64,000 nt of DNA from positions 12,078 to 76,077 of the forward strand of contig QZKG01000029.1 in assembly GCA_003599855.1 (NCBI GenBank), given 5' to 3'. Source of the stretch: Gaiellales bacterium (GTDB lineage Bacteria; Actinomycetota; Thermoleophilia; BMS3ABIN01). Each line of letters begins with the position of its first letter. Within the stretch, counting starts at the first letter, position 1. Shown in pieces: positions 59,706 to 64,000 of the stretch. The position numbers were made by a program, and so were the translations under genes. Below the pieces are notes generated by a model. That model worked only from the letters and a program-made list of their open reading frames with translations, did no database searches and was not told the origin of the DNA.

Positions 59706-61079
59706 TCATTTTCCACTGCCCCGGATGTTCTTGATCTTCAGGGTGACGCGCTGCACCAGGTCGTAGACCTCGCGCTCTTCCTTGATCAGGTTCGAGATCT
59801 TGTTGATCGCATGGATGACCGTGGTGTGGTCGCGGCCGCCGAACTTCTCGCCGATGCGCGGCTGCGACGCGTCCGTGAGCTCGCGGCAGAGGTACATGGC
59901 TATCTGGCGGGGGAAGACGATGTTCTGGCTGCGCTTGTTGCCCTTGAGGTCGGACATGGAGATGTTGAAGGTCTTGCAGACCTCGTTCTGGATGGCATCG
60001 ATGGAGATCATCATGTCCACGCGGCGCGGCAACAGGTTCTTGAGGGCCTCCTTGGCCAGGGGCAGGCTCACCTCCGACCCGTTGAGGGAAGCGAGGGCGA
60101 CCACGCGGATGAGCGCCCCCTCCAACTCGCGTATGTTGGTAGGTATGCCGCTGGCGATGAAGTCGAGAACCTCATCCACGCTCTCGGGAGGGATCGATAT
60201 GCCGTCGGCGTCGATGCGCTTCTTGAGGATGGCGATGCGTGTCTCCAGGTCGGGCGGCTGGATGTCGGTGATAAGTCCTGACTCGAAGCGGCTGCGCAGG
60301 CGCTCCTCCAGCGTGGCGATCTCCTTGGGCGGCCGGTCGCTGGCGATGGCGATCTGGTTCCCGGCCTCATAGAGCGAGTTGAAGGTATGGAAGAACTCCT
60401 CCTGGGTCTGCTCCTTGTTCTCCAGGAACTGGACGTCGTCGATCAGCAGCACATCGACGTTGCGGTAGCTGCGCTTGAAGCCCTCGATGCGCTTGTCGCG
60501 CAGGGAGTTGATGAAGTCGTTGGTGAACTCCTCCAGGGTGATGTACTTCACGGTCATCTCGGGGTTGTTGGTGGCCACGTAATGGCCGATCGCCTGCAGC
60601 AGGTGCGTCTTTCCCAGCCCTACGCCCCCGTAGATGAACAGGGGGTTGTAGGCGAGTGCCGGTTTCTCTGCCACCGCCAGGGCGGCCGTATGGGCGAAGC
60701 GGTTGCTGCTGCCGAAGACGAAGCTTTCGAAGGTGTACTTGGGGTTGAGCGTCTTGAGCGTCTGTTGCCGGTTGGCGTCCAGCGCCGTGGGGAGCACGGG
60801 CGGGATGGCATCAGCGACAGCCCCGGGCAGCGGCTTGACCACCAGCCGGACAGAGAGCTCGTCGCCAACCACTTCCTGCAGGGAATCCTCTATCAGCGGC
60901 AGGAAGCGCTTCTCGATCCTTGTCTTGGTGAAATCGTTGGGAACGGACAGCAGGAAGGTGTCGTTGTCGATGCCGGCGGCGTCGGTGTTCTCGAACCAGA
61001 TCTTGTAGGTGGTGGTGCTGAGGGATTCCCTGATGGTCTCCTTGGCGCGCTGCCAGATGGTATCAACCTGTTCTTCCAT
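59706..61079 (-). CDS. dnaA: chromosomal replication initiator DnaA
   Basis: ATG 61079 (GGGAG upstream) gives 457 aa. Walker A GGVGLGKTHLLQA, LLIDDVQFL, and a C-terminal DNA-binding domain ending GGRDHTTVIHA. Confidence 0.97.
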   Translation of the reverse strand: MEEQVDTIWQRAKETIRESLSTTTYKIWFENTDAAGIDNDTFLLSVPNDFTKTRIEKRFLPLIEDSLQEVVGDELSVRLVVKPLPGAVADAIPPVLPTALDANRQQTLKTLNPKYTFESFVFGSSNRFAHTAALAVAEKPALAYNPLFIYGGVGLGKTHLLQAIGHYVATNNPEMTVKYITLEEFTNDFINSLRDKRIEGFKRSYRNVDVLLIDDVQFLENKEQTQEEFFHTFNSLYEAGNQIAIASDRPPKEIATLEERLRSRFESGLITDIQPPDLETRIAILKKRIDADGISIPPESVDEVLDFIASGIPTNIRELEGALIRVVALASLNGSEVSLPLAKEALKNLLPRRVDMMISIDAIQNEVCKTFNISMSDLKGNKRSQNIVFPRQIAMYLCRELTDASQPRIGEKFGGRDHTTVIHAINKISNLIKEEREVYDLVQRVTLKIKNIRGSGK

Positions 61080-61260
61080 TCCTGACTCCCGTGGTTCCGG
61101 ATTATAGACTGTGGCGCCACCAGAGAAGTCGATCGGCCCCGCTGGTAGAGAGGCTGGCAGCAACAGCCGCAGAATGAGAGTCGTGGTTGGCGCGTGGCGA
61201 AGATTCTATCTATGGGGCAGGATGAAAACAAGATGGAAAAACCGCGAAAGCGCCCTGGAG

Positions 61261-61283
61261 TTATCCACAGCGCCTGTGGATAA
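61261..61283. promoter_or_regulatory. inverted pair of perfect DnaA boxes TTATCCACA-N5-TGTGGATAA
   Basis: Exact consensus 9-mers at 61261-61269 and 61275-61283, about 180 nt upstream of dnaA. Confidence 0.8.
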
Positions 61284-61381
61284 ACGGGGGACAACACCCG
61301 GGCGTGACCGCCCGGCGCCCGCCGGGGCCGGGGTGCCCCCAGCCGGGTGAGAAACACCAGCAAATCAAGGGGATCAAAGCT

Positions 61382-61412
61382 TTTTCCACAGGTGTGAAAA
61401 GGCTGTGGAAAA
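61382..61412. promoter_or_regulatory. cluster of three DnaA-box variants
   Basis: TTTTCCACA (61382-61390), TGTGAAAA (61393-61400), TGTGGAAAA (61404-61412). Confidence 0.7.
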
Positions 61413-61531
61413 ACTCTGCAGCCGAACAGGAGGCCGGTATCCAAAACAGGCGACGCTTTTCTCGCCAAAAAAGGAATTATCGCCCGGGGGAAGAAAGATA
61501 CACAAGATATCCCGAGACGGGAGCCGGTCAC

Positions 61532-62344
61532 GTGACGAAAGTACTTGCCTTTGCCAACCAGAAAGGCGGGGTCGCCAAAACGACCTCGACGCTGAACATC
61601 GGTGTAGCTTTGAGAGAGCTGCACCGGCGCGTCCTCGTGGTCGACATGGACCCCCAGGGGAACCTCTCCATGTGCCAGGGCATCAACCCGGACAACCTCA
61701 CAAAGAGCGTGTTCGACGTCCTGGTGCACCGCATGCCCATCGAGAACGTCATCCAGCGGCGCGAGGTCGATATCGCTCCCGCCAGCATCGACCTGGCCGG
61801 CGCCGAGCTGGCGCTGTCATCAGCCATCGGCAGGGAGCGGGCCCTGGAGAAGGCCCTGATGACCGTCAGGGGGGACTACGACTTCATCCTGATCGACACG
61901 CCTCCCTCTCTGGGGCTTCTGACGATCAACGCCCTGACGGCGGCGGACGGCGTGGTGGTGCCGGTGCAGTGTGAGTACCTCTCGCTCCGGGGGCTGGCGC
62001 AGCTGGAGCGGACCCTCGAGATGATCAGGGAGAACCTCAACCCGGGAGTCAGGATCATGGGCATCCTGCCGACGATGTTCGACGCCCGGACGATCCACGG
62101 ACGCGAAGCGATAGAGATCCTGAAGGAGAGCTTTGGCGAGCGGGTCTTCAGCACCGTGGTGAGGAAAACCATAAAGTTTGCGGAAGCTCCGGTCAAAGGC
62201 TGTTCGGTGATAGCCTACGAGCCGGAGGGCGCAGCCGCGGAAACCTACCGTAATCTGGCAAAGGAGTTGCTCAATGGTGAGTCGAGCGAGCATGAAGGGA
62301 GAGGCTCTCTCGAGCCTGTTCCAGCCTACGGAACACATATCTGA
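61532..62344 (+). CDS. parA: ParA/Soj family chromosome-partitioning ATPase
   Basis: GTG 61532. 270 aa. Deviant Walker A NQKGGVAKTT, VLVVDMDPQGN, IDTPPSLG. Confidence 0.9.
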   Translation: MTKVLAFANQKGGVAKTTSTLNIGVALRELHRRVLVVDMDPQGNLSMCQGINPDNLTKSVFDVLVHRMPIENVIQRREVDIAPASIDLAGAELALSSAIGRERALEKALMTVRGDYDFILIDTPPSLGLLTINALTAADGVVVPVQCEYLSLRGLAQLERTLEMIRENLNPGVRIMGILPTMFDARTIHGREAIEILKESFGERVFSTVVRKTIKFAEAPVKGCSVIAYEPEGAAAETYRNLAKELLNGESSEHEGRGSLEPVPAYGTHI

Positions 62345-63410
62345 AGATACGACCATAGAAGAGAAGAGGCCGGCGCCCCGGGAGAACATCATCCCGCGCT
62401 CGGAGTCGGCGTACATCGCTTCGATCAAGGTGGTCGGAGTGGGCGGCGGTGGCACCAACGCCATCAATCGCATGATCGAAGCGGGCATCAAGGGCGTCGA
62501 GTTCATCGCCATCAACACCGACGCCCAGGCGCTCAACAGCAGTGACGCCGATGTGAAGATCCACGTCGGCGGCGATCTGACGCGGGGCCTGGGCGGCGGC
62601 GCGGACCCGACTGTCGGCACCGAGGCCATGGAGCGCAGCCGCGATGAGGTGAAGCGGGTGCTCAGGGGCGCCGACCTGGTGTTTGTGACGGCGGGCGAGG
62701 GCGGCGGCACCGGCACCGGTGGCGCGCCCATAATCGCCGAGCTGGCCCGGGAGAACGGGTCGTTGACCATCGGCATCGTCACACGTCCGTTCAGCTTCGA
62801 GGGCACCCGTCGCAACATCCAGGCGGAAGAGGGAATCCGCCGGCTGCGGGAGGCCGCCGACACCGTCATCATCGTGCCCAACGACCGCCTGCTGCAGGTG
62901 GCCGAGCGCGAGACGACCCTGATCGACGCTTTCCGCATCGCCGACGACGTGCTGAGGCAGGGAGTCCAGAGCATCTGTGACCTCATCAACCTGCCAGGCC
63001 TCATCAACCTCGATTTCGCCGACGTCAGGACGGTCATGAGCAACGCCGGCAGCGCTCTCATGGGGGTCGGCGTCGCTTCGGGCGAGAACCGTGCCGTGGA
63101 GGCCGCCGAGCAGGCCATCGGCTCGCCGCTGCTGGAGACGTCCATCCAGGGCGCCCGCGGCATACTGCTCAACGTCAAAGGCGGCTCGGACGTCTCGTTG
63201 CACGAGGCCAATGAAGCCGCCCAGGTCATCGCCGCCGCCGCGGCGGAAGACGCCAACATCATCTTCGGCACCGTGGTGGATGAGAGCCTTGGCGACACCA
63301 TATCGGTGACGGTGATCGCCACCGGTTTCGACCTGAAGGGGATCCCGGCCAAGGCGCGCCCCCGGAAAACTGATGACGATCTGGACATGCCGGAGTTCAT
63401 CCCGGATTAA
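62274..63410 (+). CDS. ftsZ: cell division GTPase FtsZ
   Basis: IKVVGVGGGGTNAINRM, tubulin signature GGGTGTGGAP, NDRL, and the C-terminal peptide DDDLDMPEFI. Start is ATG 62274 or 62292; either lies inside the parA 3' end. Confidence 0.93.
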   Translation: MVSRASMKGEALSSLFQPTEHISEDTTIEEKRPAPRENIIPRSESAYIASIKVVGVGGGGTNAINRMIEAGIKGVEFIAINTDAQALNSSDADVKIHVGGDLTRGLGGGADPTVGTEAMERSRDEVKRVLRGADLVFVTAGEGGGTGTGGAPIIAELARENGSLTIGIVTRPFSFEGTRRNIQAEEGIRRLREAADTVIIVPNDRLLQVAERETTLIDAFRIADDVLRQGVQSICDLINLPGLINLDFADVRTVMSNAGSALMGVGVASGENRAVEAAEQAIGSPLLETSIQGARGILLNVKGGSDVSLHEANEAAQVIAAAAAEDANIIFGTVVDESLGDTISVTVIATGFDLKGIPAKARPRKTDDDLDMPEFIPD

Positions 63411-63439
63411 CGGCCCCGGCTGACAGCAGAGGTAAAAGA

Positions 63440-63467
63440 GAGGGCGCAGCCTGACGGCCGCGCCCTC
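63440..63467. terminator. 8-bp GC hairpin between convergent ftsZ and the AsnC-like gene
   Basis: GAGGGCGC-12 nt-GCGCCCTC. Weak U-rich flank (CACCAUUUC). Confidence 0.3.
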
Positions 63468-63493
63468 CACCATTTCAGCGAACATGCTCCCGG

Positions 63494-63730
63494 TCAGGGG
63501 AGTTCTACAACCACACAGGTCATCGTCTGGGCCACCCCGTCGCTGGCCTGTATCTGCGACACCACCGTGTTGCCGAGCTCATTAATGTCGCTGCCCTCGA
63601 CATACGCGATGATGTCATATGCTCCCGTGACGGCGTGAGCGCTGGTGACTCCGGGGATGTCGGCGATATGCTTGCGGGCCGCCCCCGCCCTTCCCGGAGT
63701 GGCGTTGATAAGCACATAAGCTGCTGCCAC
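63494..63730 (-). CDS. stand-alone Lrp/AsnC ligand-binding (RAM) domain protein
   Basis: GTG 63730 after GGAGGGAGG. 78 aa: AAAYVLINATPG...IADIPGVTSAHAVTGAYDIIAYVE. Confidence 0.75.
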   Translation of the reverse strand: MAAAYVLINATPGRAGAARKHIADIPGVTSAHAVTGAYDIIAYVEGSDINELGNTVVSQIQASDGVAQTMTCVVVELP

Positions 63731-63855
63731 CTGTACCACCTCCCTCCAAAAAAGGATAAGATTATCGGCCTGGCCTGTCCTGAGGTCCTGCCGGGCGCTC
63801 CTGTCTGGTAGATTATCCCGGACGGCGGCCGGTTCCAAACCGGGAGGGTGGTGCG

Positions 63856-64000
63856 ATGTACGAAAAACTGATCATCAACGCCGACGACTTCGGCCTCTCC
63901 AGCGGTGTCAACCGCGGCATCATCGAGTGCCACGAGGCGGAAACCGTGACCAGCACGACGTTGATGGCCCAGGGCGCCGCGGCCGAAGAGGCCGCCGTCC
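63856..64000 (+). CDS. ChbG/YdjC family carbohydrate deacetylase (partial, continues beyond window end)
   Basis: ATG 63856 after GGGAGGG. MYEKLIINADDFGLSSGVNRGIIECH is the family N-terminal motif. Confidence 0.8.
   Translation, partial: MYEKLIINADDFGLSSGVNRGIIECHEAETVTSTTLMAQGAAAEEAAV

Noticed and set aside
61164-61531. Search for an rpmH (L34, MKRTFQP...) micro-ORF that the 60-aa ORF cut-off might have hidden upstream of dnaA
   Set aside because: No such reading frame is present on either strand. The region is occupied by DnaA boxes.
61528-61535. parS-like core TCACGTGA overlapping the parA start codon
   Set aside because: Only the central 8 of 16 consensus positions match. An 8-mer palindrome is expected by chance about once in 64 kb on two strands.
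61820-63485. 526-aa and 404-aa minus-strand ORFs
   Set aside because: Antisense to parA and ftsZ. The FtsZ tubulin signature is on the plus strand.

Overview
High-GC (~65%) bacterial chromosomal segment containing the replication origin. On the minus strand at 51.8-61.1 kb the order is dnaA-dnaN-recF-DUF721(DciA-like)-gyrB-gyrA. DnaA-box clusters lie on both sides of dnaA, and a 30-nt pure A/T stretch sits between dnaA and dnaN. To the right, a Soj/ParA gene overlaps a canonical ftsZ; no parB, rpmH or rnpA is present. Leftwards from the origin the window holds: three tandem LPXTG surface-protein paralogues; a fatty-acid synthesis block (fabZ-fabH-fabK-fabD-fabG-fabF-accD-accA, no acpP); larB coupled to an amidohydrolase; a DhnA-type aldolase; proA; a 1302-aa hybrid sensor kinase with a Cys-rich insert; a GTDC1-like glycosyltransferase; selD encoded as a selenoprotein (in-frame TGA plus hairpin, truncated in the ORF track); a TauE/SafE permease; a GlcF-like Fe-S protein; four paralogous GT-C membrane glycosyltransferases around a galT-like gene; a fluoride riboswitch-crcB-DUF190 unit preceded by a duplicated 73-nt structured element; fxsA; a spermidine-synthase-like membrane protein; an ABC_ATPase-family protein; a PAPS-reductase-like protein; an MMPL transporter; an archaemetzincin-like peptidase; a 2-oxoacid:ferredoxin oxidoreductase; pyrE; a CsoR-family repressor; a class A PBP; and a partial repeat protein missed by the ORF track. 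I saw no rRNA, tRNA, CRISPR array, transposase, integrase or recognisable defence genes. LPXTG signals, origin synteny, apparently leaderless genes, ferredoxin-dependent enzymes and Sec usage suggest an anaerobic, monoderm-type high-GC lineage (Actinomycetota-like or high-GC Bacillota). This is inference only, and the GyrB insertion argues for caution. Many long ORFs in the supplied track are antisense shadows of real genes, as expected at this GC content. No single obviously novel system stands out. The best candidates for follow-up are the GT-C paralogue array, the parA-ftsZ origin pair, the Sec-selD neighbourhood with the GTDC1 homologue, the LPXTG triplet and the duplicated RNA-like element.
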